Assembly (NCBI GenBank): GCA_047967505.1 | Contig: CM106538.1 | From: Dipteris shenzhenensis | Lineage: Eukaryota | Length of the DNA: 64,000 nt | Strand: one strand, 5' to 3' | In this document: one piece after another, positions 35,554 to 49,760 of the stretch | How the letters are laid out: each line of letters begins with the position of its first letter | Numbering within the stretch: the stretch's first letter is position 1 | Program-made: the position numbers and the translations under genes | Notes under the pieces: model-generated | The model's database searches: none | What the model was told of the DNA's origin: nothing | The model's input: only the letters and a program-made list of their open reading frames with translations

Positions 35554-37786
35554 ATGGTTCTGCCTTCCGCTGAGGTGCCATCCTTCTTGTGAGAGTGAGA
35601 TAGTGATTGAGAGATTGAAATCAAGTTTTCTCTTCCGTGAGAGAAATTTCCGTTCATGTGAGAATTCCGTCCATGAGAGATTGAGAGATTTCTGTTAATC
35701 TCCTTCCGTTCGATTCATTGTTTCCTTGAGAGTTTATAAGAAGGATAGGGAGAGTTCTTCATTGAGAGAAATTTATTAAGTGTGAGAGGTTGAATTTCTG
35801 CTCCATTTTTTTGAGGGACTTAGTGAGTTTGGAGTTTGAGTGTTTTTGGTGGAGGTTTCATTCTCTGTGTTCTGGTTTGAGTCCTTCAACATAGCAAGGC
35901 AAGATGGGCAGCCTCTTCATCTATAGCTCCCAGCTCCATTGACCTCAAAAGTAGCAACAAGGCTCCTCCACCAAGCTCTCAACGTAGTTGCAGCTAGCCA
36001 CAGATACAAGTTGCATCTCCTGCAACAATAGTGCCACCAGATGACCAAACTCTACAGCCCCAGCCTCTACAATGACCTACAGTATCTTCTAGCCTCTTAA
36101 TGAGCTCCTATCTTCATCTTCGACAGATCAATCTGTAGCCATTAACCAACACGAGCCTCTTCACAGCCATCTACAGTCGTCCACATAGCTCCAAGGCTCC
36201 ATAGCGTGTGATGCTCCAAAGCCCCAGGCCTCATGCTCCGCTCATAGCAGATTCCATCAACAACTACTGTTGCAATGCAATAGCATGCTTCTCCAATGGC
36301 TACATCCTAGCACTAGCTCTTTACCAGCCCAACAATCGGCAGCTAGCCTGTAGCAAGGAGCTCCACCCGGCTAGTCTCATGCACCATGGGTTGCTCATCA
36401 ATGAGCCAAACTCTGCTGCGAGCTCCAATGGCTCCTGTGCGTCACTATACAAGCAAGCCCCAGTCTTGAGCTCCATCGACCAGTGCTGCATGCTCCTTTT
36501 GCATCGATCAGCCACGGGCAACTCATCCCAGCAGCAACTCCCAATGTGCAACGTCCATGACAACCTAGCCTCTAAGCCACCCTAAACTGACTCTACAAAA
36601 CTGCTGGTGGATGGACAAAAGCAGTAGAGCCTAAGCTACCTTCACAGCCACCCTCATCCACATTTAAATCAAGTGAACAACACCATCAGAAGGTAAAAGG
36701 CTTTCACTGAAACTCCTTTCCTCTACACACCTCCAGATATAACTCATACTCTGGCCACACTTCCTCCGGAAGCCAAACAACCTAAACAACCCAGTGGATT
36801 ACATAGCTCAACGCAAGCTCTCCTATTGACTGAGATCAACAAGCTCAAAAAATACATAGAAGACCCATGAAACATAAAACTCCAGAAAATGACAACTTCA
36901 AAACTGCATAACTGCCATAAACACTTCCTGACATCTCATGGTATAAACAACCATGCTCATATCCTCCATGACTAAATCCATGAAGAACAATCCTCGATCT
37001 CTTTGACTTCAAGTCAATCATTTGCCTCATATACTCAAAGCCATCACCCCTCTTCTATGCCATCAAACACTTACAAGGAGTTCTTCAATTCACACATAGC
37101 CAACAAACACTACTTCCCCATAACCTATGAGCAAAGAAATGAACAACATCCTATGTCAGAACCCACCACAATTCTATGAGAGGACCCACACCAAGAGCAA
37201 TATAAGTAGTCAAGTACTTCACACAGGCACCTCCTATAAAACCAGACTATCTTCTTTTATGAGATCCATGACCAAGTATGGAGACAATCACAAGAGCTCC
37301 TTCTTCGACCAATAGTATGCCATCTTCATTTTGGAAATGCACCTTTAGACTGCATGAAGCCTAGTACTTTAAGCCATCTGCTGCCCATAGTTCCGTTGCC
37401 AAAAGCAAGGCCTTTTCTAAGATCATCCATGAGCACCGGGCTTGCTGCTCTAGCCAAGCATGCACTACGTCCTTACAAGCCATGCATGGAACTATACACT
37501 AACATGGTCTCTTTATCGAAAATCCGCCACCCTTGTCTCAAAGCTCTTTCCTCCACAATCCATTTCCCCACCATAGCCTCTGAGCTCCCATGCTCATCCC
37601 CTTTCCTCTAACAAGATCCATACATAGTCGAGACCATGGCTTCCCTGCCCACGAAGCACACACCTTCCATGGTCCCCTCCAAATCCATAATCGAGACCCC
37701 CCTCCATTACTTCTGAGCTTGCGCACCCTTCCTTTGTGTGCTTGAATTCTCCTCTTTGTTGCACCTCTCCAACCCAACTTCCCTCC

Positions 37787-38436
37787 GCAGAACAAGCCTA
37801 CGTAGTTATCATGTGACAATCAGAGTTGCATGGCGATTGCAAAGAAATCTATGTTCCACGCTTGCACAAAACACATTGAGATTCAATATCACTTTGTACG
37901 CAAGCTCATCATGGATGGAGAGGTCGCCTTGTTGTACTATTCAACTACAGAGAATGCTGTGAACATCTTCATGAAGGCTCTTGGAAGAGACTTGCTGGAG
38001 AGGCATCTTCATCGACTTGGCATTGGGCCGAAAAAGTAAGTTCACTTGGGGGTGGACATTGAGGGGGGGTGTTAGATATCAATGCTCCACCCTCATGTAA
38101 CTATGCAAGAACCAACTAACTCTACTTGTAAGCCCCCCATATGAGGAGAAGGCATTGGAGTAGCTCGGTTATCCGGTATGTCCTGGTTTGGACACCAGAT
38201 GGGGGCCATGTGTGGCCTGATGGTTGGACGAGTTCAGATAGAGTTGGCACACCACCAACTAGGCTACATGCAAGTGCGGGAAGGCATTCCATGACTGACT
38301 GCACTGAGGGTAGACAGAGCATTTCCCGAGGTAGCCCACTCTTGGGTTGTGGGGCCCGTTTGGAGCCTTAGATGATCCTGGATGGCTCTGGGCTGAACGG
38401 TAACCGTAGGTTTGTTGCTCTATTTTGCACGTTGGT
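37787..38436 (+). mobile_element. copia family C 3' end (RNase H tail, PPT, start of 3' LTR at 38070), inverted relative to the adjacent body
   Basis: CDNQSCMAIAKKSMFHACTKHIEIQYHFVR; PPT GAGGGGGGG; LTR start resembles 56699. Confidence 0.85.
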
Positions 38437-40292
38437 CTACACTGCACCCATGTCCCCTAAAATCCTCCTCAACCACACTGCTTTGCAAGAAGCAAAGCAT
38501 GGTGATTTGTACTCAGCCTCGGTAGAAGAAAGAGCAACTGTGGGTTGCTTCTTGCTGACCCATGACATAGCTCCAGATCCAAGTGAGAAACAGTAACCTG
38601 TCACTGATCTCCTACTGTCCATCTCTCCTACCCAATTCGAGTCACAGAATCCGGTTAAGATGTTGCCCTTGGTATAGGTGATGCCATAATCAAGTATGCC
38701 TTTGATGTATTTCAACACCTGCATCTCTGCCCTCCAATGGTTCTCCCGAGGCTTATTGGAAAACTTGCTTAGTACAGCAGTCGCAAAGTTGATGTCTGGC
38801 CGTGTGTTGCACAGGTAAATAAAGCTGCCCACAAGTCTTCTATACTTTGCTTCATCCACCAGTGGTGATGAATCCTAGTTTGAGAGCTTCACGTCAACCT
38901 CCATAGGGGTACCAACTGCTGTCTTGCACTCAGCCATGCCAAATGCCTTTAGTATCTCTTTAGCATACTTCAGCTATGAAATGAAGACTTGTTGCGGCTC
39001 TTGCCAAACTTCAATCCCCAAACAAAAATGCATCAGTGTCATTTCAAACTCTCTTCCTAGCAAATGCTTTGTCTACGAGATCTTCTCTTCATGGTTCCTT
39101 GTTATGACAAGGTCGTCCACATAAAGGATCACGATCATACACTTGCCTCCTTCTCTGAAGATATACAAATTTGCATCAAATGGGCTTCTCCTGAACCTGT
39201 TTTACAGAAAGTAGGCATTAATTCGTTGGTACCACACTCGTGAAGATTGTTTCAGCCCGTAAAGTGCCTTCTTCAATTTACAGACTTTACCTTCTGAACC
39301 AAGGATCACAAAACCTGGTGGTTGTTCCATGTATACCTCCTCCTTGAGATCTCCATTCAGAAAGGCGGATTTTACATCCATCTGAAACACAGGCCAACTT
39401 CCCTGGGCTGCTAAAGCCAAAACACTACGAATTGTGGTTAGTCGAGTTGTGGGAGCAAAAGTATCAAGCTAATAATCAAAGCCATGTCCTGTGCGAATCC
39501 TTTTGCCACGAGCCAAGCCTTGTACTTATCCAATGTGCCGTCGGACTTGTACTTGGTCTTGTACACCAACTTGGTGCTGATTACCTTGTGTTTTGGTGGT
39601 CGATCCACAAGGTCCCAAGTGTTGTTCTTCATTATGGAGCCATACTTCGATTGCATAGCCTCCATCCACCTATCATCACCCTGTGCCTCTTCAAGACACT
39701 TGGGTTCATCAGTCCGGATTACCTCTGTCATCAATGCGTAGTTGACCAAGTGTTCCTACGCCCTTCTTTGCTCCTCTAATCTCTTGGACCGGCGGTGTTC
39801 GGATGGTTCCTCCTCAATGGCTGGAGGTTCTCTGTCGTCCAAAAGCTGCTTCACCCACTTCGGGAATGGCCGTTGCCATTGTGGTTCTGCAGGCTCTTCT
39901 TCCTCTTCTTTATCTTGAATCGTTGGGGGAGTTCGGTCTGCTGTTGGTGGTTGTACTGGATGGATATCCTGGTCCTGGTTGTCTGGGAAGGAAGCATCCT
40001 CCTCCAATTGATGCGGTTGTTTTGAGAAGACCACATCGTGACTTACAATTACCTTCTTGGTAACAGGGTGATAGAGATGGTAACCCTTCGCCTCTTCACT
40101 ATAGCCCAAGAAAATACACTTCTAACTCTTCGGTTCCCATTTGGTCCTGTTAGCATCAGGGACATCCACAAAACAGTTACATCCAAAAACTCTGAAATGT
40201 GCAGCTGAAGGTTTTTTACCAGAAAAAGCCTATAGTGGAGTCATCCCGTTCACAGCCTTCGTGTAGCTATGATTCAGAATGTAAACTGCCGT
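38437..40292 (-). pseudogene. pol: copia family C pol (integrase C-terminus, RT, RNase H), decayed
   Basis: GYSEEAKGY, WDLVDRP, QMDVKSAFLNGDL, GFCDSNW, SSTEAEY. Confidence 0.93.
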
Positions 40293-40320
40293 TGTGATGC
40301 CAAAAATTGATATTTTTAAT

Positions 40321-40565
40321 CTCGGGGGGGTCACTCATCGTATGTAACCCTATCACGTGAGTTCAACATAAGGATTTTTTTTATTTCTAAAATTTTAGAA
40401 ATAAATATACATAAGGGACTATTTAAAATAGTTTCGGAAAAAATTTACAGATTTGTATAGAAAAGGGGTACATTTTATTCATGAAATTTTTTACTGATAA
40501 GGGACTTTAAATATAGGCCTTGAATGCACGTGATATAGAGGGTTTATACATAGTGACCCCCCGAG
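40321..40565. mobile_element. MITE family 2, copy 2, in the gypsy 5' LTR (TSD TTTTTAAT)
   Basis: TIRs CTCGGGGGGGTCACT / AGTGACCCCCCGAG; the empty site is visible in the 3' LTR near 49832. Confidence 0.95.
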
Positions 40566-42750
40566 TTTTTAATTTGGCATTGGTATTGTTTTTCTCTATG
40601 TTTGATAAGAGTTTGAGTATCAAGTGATAGCCTACCGGCTCTCGCTTATTTCTATTTTCTATGATATTGTATGGGATGGAGAGGATGAGTGGAAGGGCTC
40701 ATTGTAAATACCATAGGTATGAATTATAAATACCTTGGTATGGGGTAAGAGTTATTTGTGTATGGGATATTATGGAGTTTTTTAGAAAATAGGAAGAGTG
40801 AGTCATATAAAGAGGTGGGCTCATGTCCATGTGTTCCAATAATATAAGAGAGGCCACATGCCAAGTGTGTGGAAGGCATGTGGAGGAGTGTGAAGTCAAG
40901 AGAAATCCTTCTAGAACTCCTCTGTGGAATAAGGAGGATGTGGACATGTGGAAAAAGAGGGTCCCTATGGGCCCCATGTGAGGAGACTCTTGACTTTCTT
41001 AATATTTTAAGAGTCTTGAGCATCTTGTGATGGGACACATTGAGGGGTGGATCGTTGATGAAGGTGGAGTCTTGAGGGAGCATCCTACTCAGGCGAAATT
41101 AGCCTGGGTGGAGGGTAGTTTTCATAACAGTTTGACCCCCTGTTAGTTTTTTACTCATAACTTTCTGCTCGATAGTCCGATTGTAATGAAATTTATATCA
41201 ACTCGAAGCTCTCTTTAAGGCGCATGTTTGTATGTAATCAGATCTTGAATCAGATACTGCTGCAAAAAGTTATGATTCTTTGTGTTTGACATTCTATTTT
41301 CATGATAGTTTTTACCCCCGTCTAGTAAACTGTCCATAACTTTTTGGCCGCTTCTTTGTTTCTTATGAAACATATATCAGCGCAAAGCTCTCTTTAAGAC
41401 GCATGTCTTTAGGTGCTTAGATCTTGAATCAAATACTATTGCAAAATGTTATGAGTCTCTGTATTTGATAGTCTATTGTCATGACAATTTTTACCCCTTT
41501 CCAGTAAACTGTCCATATCTCTTCAACCGTCTATCTGTTTTCAATGAAACTTATATCAGCACGAAGCCCATTTCAAAGAGCATTTTTTTTTTTAAATTGA
41601 ATCTCTGATATCATGTCTCTATTGAAAGCTATAGGCCTCTGTGTCTAATGATAGTTTGTAGAGTGTTTTGAGTTAAGTGTAAAGGTGTCTATGAAGAAGG
41701 TGCAATGTTTCCTCGGAATCTACCCATCCGACCTAATCAGCCCCTTCAAACTCCTTGATATATATCAGTTCATGTCATGTTAAGCCACAAGATCTTCTTT
41801 CAACAACGTATCGCTCTTCTCTTTGGCGCAGACCGGCTCGCTAAGATTATGGCCTTTGCTGATCCTTTCCTTCTCCCTATGCTTGATTACAACATCACTT
41901 GGGATGTTACCATCTTCATTCTCATCTGAGGAGGAAAGTATGGTGTGGTATCTTGGCATAAAAGCTTCTTTCTAATGTCCCATTCTCAATGATAAATATC
42001 TTTGGCAGTCAGTTCGAAAGTAGTAGGAAGTGAAGAGGTGCGTGAAGTTTATTACCCCCAACTTCATGTCACATCTTTTGGTGGAGACGCCGGGTACGTT
42101 TGGTATTGGATTCATCTCACCTTACTAAACAGTCTTGGGTGTACTTGATTGCATGTTATTCCTAGAAGAGGCATGTGTTTTGATGAGATAATGAAGATGC
42201 CTGGAACTCCATTAGAAGAGATTGCAACCCGTTTAAGAGAACTTGAAGATTGTGAAGGTGATGCTCAAGCTATTCGCACAGTCACCATGATCATATCCTT
42301 TATGTTTGCACTGTTGAATATGTTGGTGAATCGACAATGCTAGTAGTAGGCATAATGATAGATTGGGGATTGCTCCATGCACTGGCTGCTTGGTGTGAAG
42401 AAGAGTTGAGTCTTTGGGTAGTTTTCGACTATAACAGTGGAGTGGTGATTCTTAATGCTTTCAACTTCTTTTGCTATGCAAATGATTAAGAGTACAATAT
42501 CTTGAAGCTTTTATGTGCACTTCCTATTGTGAGAAGGGTGATTCTATAATGCATGTATACACAATGTTTTCATGGTGCTGGTTGGACACTTATTTTTGAA
42601 GATTTTGTTGAGGATCACATTGTGGAGGGTTTTTCAACAAGTGGTTATGCATAATAAGTTGGTCTTGGTATACTAAGGCTCTGTGGGATCTTGTTCGGAT
42701 CTTGTTTGGGATATTATTTGGATCTTGGTGTTTCCTTTTTGTATTTCATC

Positions 42751-44165
42751 ATGGTGAAGATTCTAGTGTTTCAAGGGACCCAAGGGGAAGACCCGGAGTC
42801 TTATCTTTGGGATTTTGTTTGAGGATGCCGGCTTTCTGGATGGTCCATAAAGGATCGGGTGGAGATTTTGCCTGATTTTCTTGAAAGTGTAGCCTTGAAT
42901 TGGCATGAGACCTCGCCGGACTCTACCAAGGAGGACTAGGACCAAGTGGTGGTAGCAATGAAGTAGAGATTTGGGGCAGTGGAGTTGCCAAATGCTTTGA
43001 TGTTGCAGTTGGACCGGTTCTATCAAGGAGAGGGTGAGTTGGTCTCTGCGTTGGCAATCCGATATGAAACTTTATGGACAAAGTATGAAAGGGCAGCTTT
43101 GCGAGCTGTGGCATCTGCATCATCGGCCCCTCAAAGTCTCTCAGGCATGGAGCACTTAAAGATGAGTAAATTTGTTATGGCTTTGGAGCCTCATCTTCGC
43201 TCAAAAGTAATGAGTAAAGATCCAACAACATACGTGGAGGCACTTCGCATTGCGACCAAGAAAGAAGCTTCTATAAAGATCAAATCCTCTTTTGTGTCTT
43301 CAACAGCTTCAACTTCTAAGGTGGAGGTAATGGGCACTCCTCAGGTACCAAAGTCCTCTGAGTTAGATCATAATATCTCCCAATTGATGGCAGAGTTTGC
43401 TGATTTGAAATTGCATTTGGTTAATGCACGACAACCTAGAGCACCAAAGAGTGAAGATAGGCCTCGTCCCGAGTGTCCTAGATTGAGAAAGAAAGAAGAA
43501 AAACAAGTATCCTTGTTAGAAGCTTCTTCAGGGGATGAGGAAAGAGAGGTAATGATGGCTAAACGGGGGCGTGGTAAAGCAAAAGAAGAAAAGAAAGCAA
43601 GGAAGAAGTAGATGAGGAATATCAGGAAGAGGAACACTGTAGTAAGACAAATAAGGCATCTAGAAGGAGAATTAGCCAGTCAGACTTTCCTTTAGGACAA
43701 GGAATTGGAAGCTATGACTTGTTGTCTGACCTTAAAGAAAAGGAAGCTCATATCACCTTTGGTCAATTACTTGCTTTGTCTCCAAAACTAAGGAAGGAAT
43801 GGGGAAAACTAGCAAGCACAAGAGTGTCAAAGAAGAAAGAGAAGAAAAGTGCCATTCCTGTTGTTCAAAAGGTAGATATAGATGTTGGTGATGATGTACC
43901 TGTGGTTGATGTGATCATTGATGGTCAAGTGATTTCTAATGTGTACATTGATGGAGGTGCATCGATTAATGTCATGAGTGAGAAGACCATGATAGATGCT
44001 GATTTAAAATACTCTAGTACTACCTCTCCTTATCACACCAAATTGGCTAACAACATTAGGGTTAAGACCTTGGGAGTTGTGAAGAATCTACAAGTGGATG
44101 TATGTGGAATTTCTATGCCGACTACTTTTCAGGTAATCCCTACCAAGCCAGATGCACGTGCCTAT
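42751..44165 (+). pseudogene. gag: gypsy gag and N-terminal half of the aspartic protease
   Basis: MVKILVFQGTQGEDPE..., gag-like ORF 42979-43611, ITFGQLLALSP, VYIDGGASINVMS. Confidence 0.85.
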
Positions 44166-46233
44166 TGTGACATGAAGTTGGGGGTAATAAACTTCACGTA
44201 CCTCTTCACTTCCTGTTGCTTTCGAACTAACAGCCAAAGATATTTATCATTGAGAATGGGACATTAGAAAAAATCTTTTATGCCAAGATACCACACCATA
44301 CTTTCCTCCCTCAGATGATAATGAAGATGGTAACATCCCAAGTGATGTTGTAATCAAGCATAGGGAGAAGGAAAGGATCAATAGAGGCCATAATCTCAGC
44401 GAGTCGGTCTGCGCCAAAGAGAAGAGTGATACATTGTTGAAAGAAAATCTTACAGCTCAACATAACATGAACTGATATATATCGAGGAGTTTGAAGGGGC
44501 TGATTAGGTCGGATGGGTAGATTCCGAGGAAACATTGCACCTCCTTCATAGACACCTTCATACTTAGCTCAAAACACTCTACAAACTGTCATTAGACACA
44601 GAGGCCTATAACTTTCAATAAAACATGATATCAGAGATTGAAGTACATAAACAGATGCGCCTTGATATGGGTTCGCGGTGATATAAGTTTCATTGAAAAC
44701 AGACAGACGGTTGAAGAGATATGGGCAGTTTGCTGGAAGGGGGTAAAAACCATCATGAAATCAGACTATCAAACACAGAGACTCATAATATTTTGCAGCA
44801 ATATCTATTTCAAGATCTAAGTACATAGAGACATGCATCTTAAAGAGACCTTCGTGTTGATATATGTTTCATAAGAAACAGAGAAGCGACCGAAAAGTTA
44901 TGGACAGTTTACTAGACGGGGGTAAAAACTGTCATGAAAACAGACTGTCAAGTACAGAGACTCATAACTTTTTGCAACAATATTTGATTCAATATCTGAT
45001 CACATACAAACATGCGCCCTCAAGAGAGCTTCATGCTGATATAAATTTCATTATAATCGGACTACCGAGCAGAAAGTTATGGGCAAAACACTAACAGGGG
45101 GTCAAATTGTCATGAAAACTACTCTCCACCCAGGCTAATTTCGCCTAAGCAGGATGCTCCCTCAAGACTCCACCTTCATCAACGATCCACCCCTCATAGA
45201 TTTCGCCTAGAAGAGGGGAAGAAGTTTGCATAGTGGCTTGGGAAACAGAGGGACCATGTGTGCACAGTGAGCAGCCGAATAGAAAGAACTTTTAAGGCTT
45301 TGAAAGAAAGAAAAGGGAAGAGACACTCAAGAGAGAGAGAACCTGAAGTGACCTTCATTACAAATAGAGTGAGAATCCAATTCAACACTACAAACACAAG
45401 AGAGAAGAAGAGGTTTCATACATACAAGAGGGAGCGGAAGCTCCAAGACTACTCATAGAGAGAGAATAAACTAGAGAGAGAAGGACTCAAGAGTCTACAT
45501 AAGAGAATATCTATAAGAGGGAGAGAAGGCTCATGGAAGAGGCTTGGGGAGACTAGAGCTACAGCAGCATGAGGCCTAATGGTGGAAGAGATTGATGAAC
45601 AAGGGAGAGGAGGGCTCTTTTTATAGAGATTTTGTTACCCTCCTTCACCCATTTACAATTGCTGCCTGTAGATTCCTTTTCCCTTCAATCACATAAGCAC
45701 GTACGTCACCATCCATGTCCTTTTTGGATACTCTTACCATGTGTCCCATCAAAAGATGCTCAAGACTCTTAAAATATTGAGAAAGTCGAGAGTCTCCTCA
45801 CATGGAGCCCATAGGGACCCTCTCTTTTACACATGTCCACATCCTCCTTATTCCACATAGGAGTTCTAGAAGGATTTCTCTTGACTTCACACTGCTCCAC
45901 ATGCCTTCCACACGCTTGGCATGTGGCCTCTCTTATATTATTGGAACACATGGACATGAGCCCACCTCTTTATATGACTCACTCTTCCTATTTTCTAAAA
46001 AACTCATAATATCCCATACACAAATAACTCTCACCCCATACCAAGGTATTTATAATTCATACCTATGGTATTTACAATGAGCCATTCCACTCATCCTCTC
46101 AATCCCATACAATATCATAGAAAATAGAAATAAGTGAGAGCCGCTAGGCTATCACTTGATACTCAAACTCTTATCAAACATAGAGAAAAACAATATCAAT
46201 GCCAAGTTAAAAATATCAATTTTTGGCGTCACA
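44166..46233 (-). mobile_element. Solo LTR (2068 bp) of the same gypsy family, antisense, inside the protease
   Basis: Reverse complement of the flanking LTRs; TSD CTAT at 44162-44165 and 46234-46237; removal restores DARAYPLILGRPWLRK. Confidence 0.95.
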
Positions 46234-46237
46234 CTAT

Positions 46238-49200
46238 CCATTGATTTTGGGAAGGCCTTGGCTACGCAAGGTGAAGGCTGTTCAAAAGTGGGATACTAGA
46301 GAATGGATTTTGCAGGGAAATGATAAGAAGGTGTGCTACAACATCAGAACCTGCAAAAAGGAAGTTGTCAAGGAGGAGTCTTCAACATCAGAGAGTTCAA
46401 GCTCTGACTTGACCGATGAAGAAGAAGAGACAGGGTGTAGCTCCGAGGAGTCCAACTCAGAGGGTGAGGTGGAAGGAGTGGCCTTTGGTCTTTGTCTTGG
46501 TGCTGATCGGGATGAGTCAGGAAGGAACAAGGTGGTGGTGCAAGAAGATCCTGTAGAGACACTTCATGTCAAGGATGTGAAGCACACTAAACGACGCCAA
46601 TGCAATGAAGAGCTTCTTGGTGATTCTCTATCAGGTAGTGAGAAGCTCCAGTACTTGGATATGCTAGATGATTTTCCATGTCTCTTTGCAACAAGCTATT
46701 CATAGGTTCGAACAATCTCTCTTGTGGAGCACAAGATTGAGTTGAACCCAAAAAGCAAGCCAGTTGTGCAACGCTTAAGGCGATTGGGGGTGATCCAAGC
46801 TGAGGCACTAAAGAAAGAGGTAACACAACTACTTGAGGCAGGATTCATCTTTCCTGTTGATGATTCAAAATGGATATCTCCTATAGTTGTCACACCAAAG
46901 AAAGGAAATAAGTGGCGAGTTTGTGTGGACTTTTGTCCTTTGAATGCATGCACTAAGAGGGATCATTTTTCTTTGCCATTCCAAGATGAAATACTAGACC
47001 AAGTAGTAGGGCATGAGATGTATTCTATATGTGATGGGTATTCTGGGTACTTTCAAATTCGTATTCGGGAGGAAGATCAAAAGAAAACATCATTTGTCAC
47101 ACCTTGGGGAGTTTTTGCTTATAGAGTGATGCCTTTTGGGTTGACCAATGCACCAGCTACAGTTCAAAGGTTCATGAGTCAAGTCATGGAGCCTTACTTA
47201 GGAAAGTTCATATGGGTGTTTTTGGATGATTTTTGCATTTATTCTCGGCACATAGATCACATAGAGAAGTCAAAGATGGCCTTAGCTAGGATTGATGAAG
47301 CAAAAGGGTGTCTAAATCCTAGCAAGTGTCATTTGGCTCAAACAAAAGTAGTCTTGTTGGGGCATATTGTGTTTGAAGAAGGCCTGCGAATGGATCCTGA
47401 CAAGGTTCAAGCAATCATGGCATTGCCAAGTCCTGAGAGCGTCACTGGTGTTTGTAGAATTCTAGGAAAGAGCAAGTATTATCAACGCTTTTGTGATGAT
47501 TTCACAGAGATAGTACATCCCATGAACTTGTTGACAAGAAAAGGAGTTTCTTTCCAATGGGGTGTGGAGCAACAAGAATCTTTCTAGCAACTTAAGGAGG
47601 CCATGAGTAAGGGCCCAATATTAAAGCCCCCTGATTGGTCTCAAGACTTTTATGTAAATCCAAGTGTATCTTTGCATTCAGTTGGTGCTGTATTGCTACA
47701 AAAAGGAGAGGCACGTAGAATGCAACCCATCTATTATGCCAGCCGATAGCTTACAGATGTGAAAACAAGGTATGAAGAAATGGAGCAGTAAGCTCTCTTT
47801 GGTGTTTTCCGTCAAAAAGTTTCGCTCCTATTTATTACCTCGACCATTTTTCTTCCTTACCTCTCAGTTTGTATTAGCATATCTAGTTCGCAAGCCTAAT
47901 CCTAGGGGGAGATTTGCAAAATGGTTGTCAGAGCTTTAAGAGTTCTCTTTCTCTTTTGTCACTGAAAATACCACTAGGTCCACTATGGCAGATCTGCTCA
48001 CAGGGCGGGAGGATCTAGGAGAAGAAAAGAAATGTAAGGAGAACATTAAAGATGAAAGGGATACACCACCAATAGCTTTTGTTTTATATTTTGATGGGGC
48101 TTTTAGTCCTTCATGCCAACAAGGAGCCAGGGGGATAGTCTTGATGAATCCTGAAGGTCAAGAGGTATGGGCAAGAGGACAAGAGCTTCCAGGTATCACA
48201 ACTAACAATGTAGCTGAGTATAATGCTCTGATTCTTGGTTTGGAGGGTTATCTTCAAAGTCAAGTTAAAGAATTGGAAGTAAGAGGAGATTCTGAGCTTA
48301 TTATAAAGCAAATGCAAGGGCATTACAAGACAAGAAGTCCTCATTTGAAGGAGCTTAATCAAAAGGCTATGGCACTATGTAGTCAGTTTGATTTTTGCAA
48401 GTTTGTTCATATAAATAGAAAAGAAAATCAAAGGGCAGATGAGTTAGCTACTCAAGCCATTGTAGTACAAGACCGGGGGGTGGTTTCTTTGGTAGACACT
48501 GGATGGCCAAAACTGCAACATGTTCAGTAATATGTGGAAGAAGGCATGTTTTCTTGAGGGTTAACTCCACAACAGAAGCAAAGATTGGCAAGGAAGGCTT
48601 GTCCCTATACTATTGTTGATGACATTCTTTATAAATTGGGAAAAGATAAGGTGCTCCATCGGGTGGTCCATCCCATGGAGACTAGGAGAATCCTAGAAAT
48701 TTGTCATGAATGCTCGTGTCATTTTGCTTCAACAAGCACAGCTAGGAGAATTCTTAATGCAGGATACTTTTGGCCACGCCTCCATAAGGATGTATATGAA
48801 CGGTGTCGAAGTTGTAAAGTATGCCAAAAGTTTGGAAGGTGACAGTTGAATCCTGGGCCCTTGAAGCCTATTCTAGCATATGGACCATTTGGGAGGTGGG
48901 GGTTGGACTTTGTGGGACCACTCCCTCGCTCATCTCAAGGTAAGCATTATTTATTGGTGGCCACAGATTATGTGACTCGGTGGGCAGAGGCAAAGGCCAC
49001 AGTCAATAGCAAGGCAAGCACAGTTGCAAAATTTCTCTTTAATCAAATTTGTTCACGCTTTGATTGTCCTTTGGAAATTCTCACTGATGGAGGAATCTCT
49101 TTTAGAAATGAACTAATTGAAGATGTGGTGCATAAGCTAAAGATAAATCATAGCATGTCCACGCCATACTATCCCCAATGTAATGGCTTGGTTGAGAAAA

Positions 49201-49760
49201 CAAATGGATTGTTGTGCAATTCAATGGGAAAGCTTGTTGACACCAAGAAAAGGCATTGGGATAGGCACTTGGCAGAAGTTTTATGGGCTTATAGAACCAC
49301 ACACAAGCTAGCTATTGGGTTTACACCATTCCAACTAGTGTATGGAATAGAATCCATTTTACCCATTGAATTAGAGATACATAGTCTTCGCACAGCTGTT
49401 GTAAGAATAGAAGGACAAGAGGATGCCTATGCTCAACGCTTGGTACAGCTAGAAGCCTTGGATGAATGTAGATTACAGGCCTTACAAAACTTGGAATCTT
49501 CTCAAAAAAGGCGCAAGGCCCGTTTTGACACCAAATTACGCAAGAAGAAAAATATTGTAGAAGGAGATTTGGTAATGAGATTTGATAGCCGTCTAGACAA
49601 GCGACTAGATAAAAAGTTTATCGGTCGATGGGAGGGACCATATCGAGTCAAAAAGAAGTTCACGAATGGAACCTATCAGCTTGATGAGGTTGATGGCATG
49701 GTGATACCCGGATGCATCAATGAGTATCGCATTAAATTCTTCTATGCTCGACCACCTTGA
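46238..49760 (+). pseudogene. pol: gypsy pol: protease end, RT, RNase H, archaeal-type RNase H, integrase
   Basis: WISPIVVTPKK, MPFGLTNAPAT and FLDDF (RT); LYFDGA...TNNVAEY...GDSELII...ENQRADELA (aRH, 47985-48530); WGLDFVGP, TPYYPQCNG and WEGPY (INT); internal stops. Confidence 0.95.

Noticed and set aside
42149-42343. Extra ORF upstream of gypsy gag (Ogre-like ORF1)
   Set aside because: Only 64 codons with no recognisable motif; not supportable from one copy.
47985-48530. Stand-alone host RNase HI gene
   Set aside because: It lies between RH and INT within the gypsy pol and between matching LTRs.
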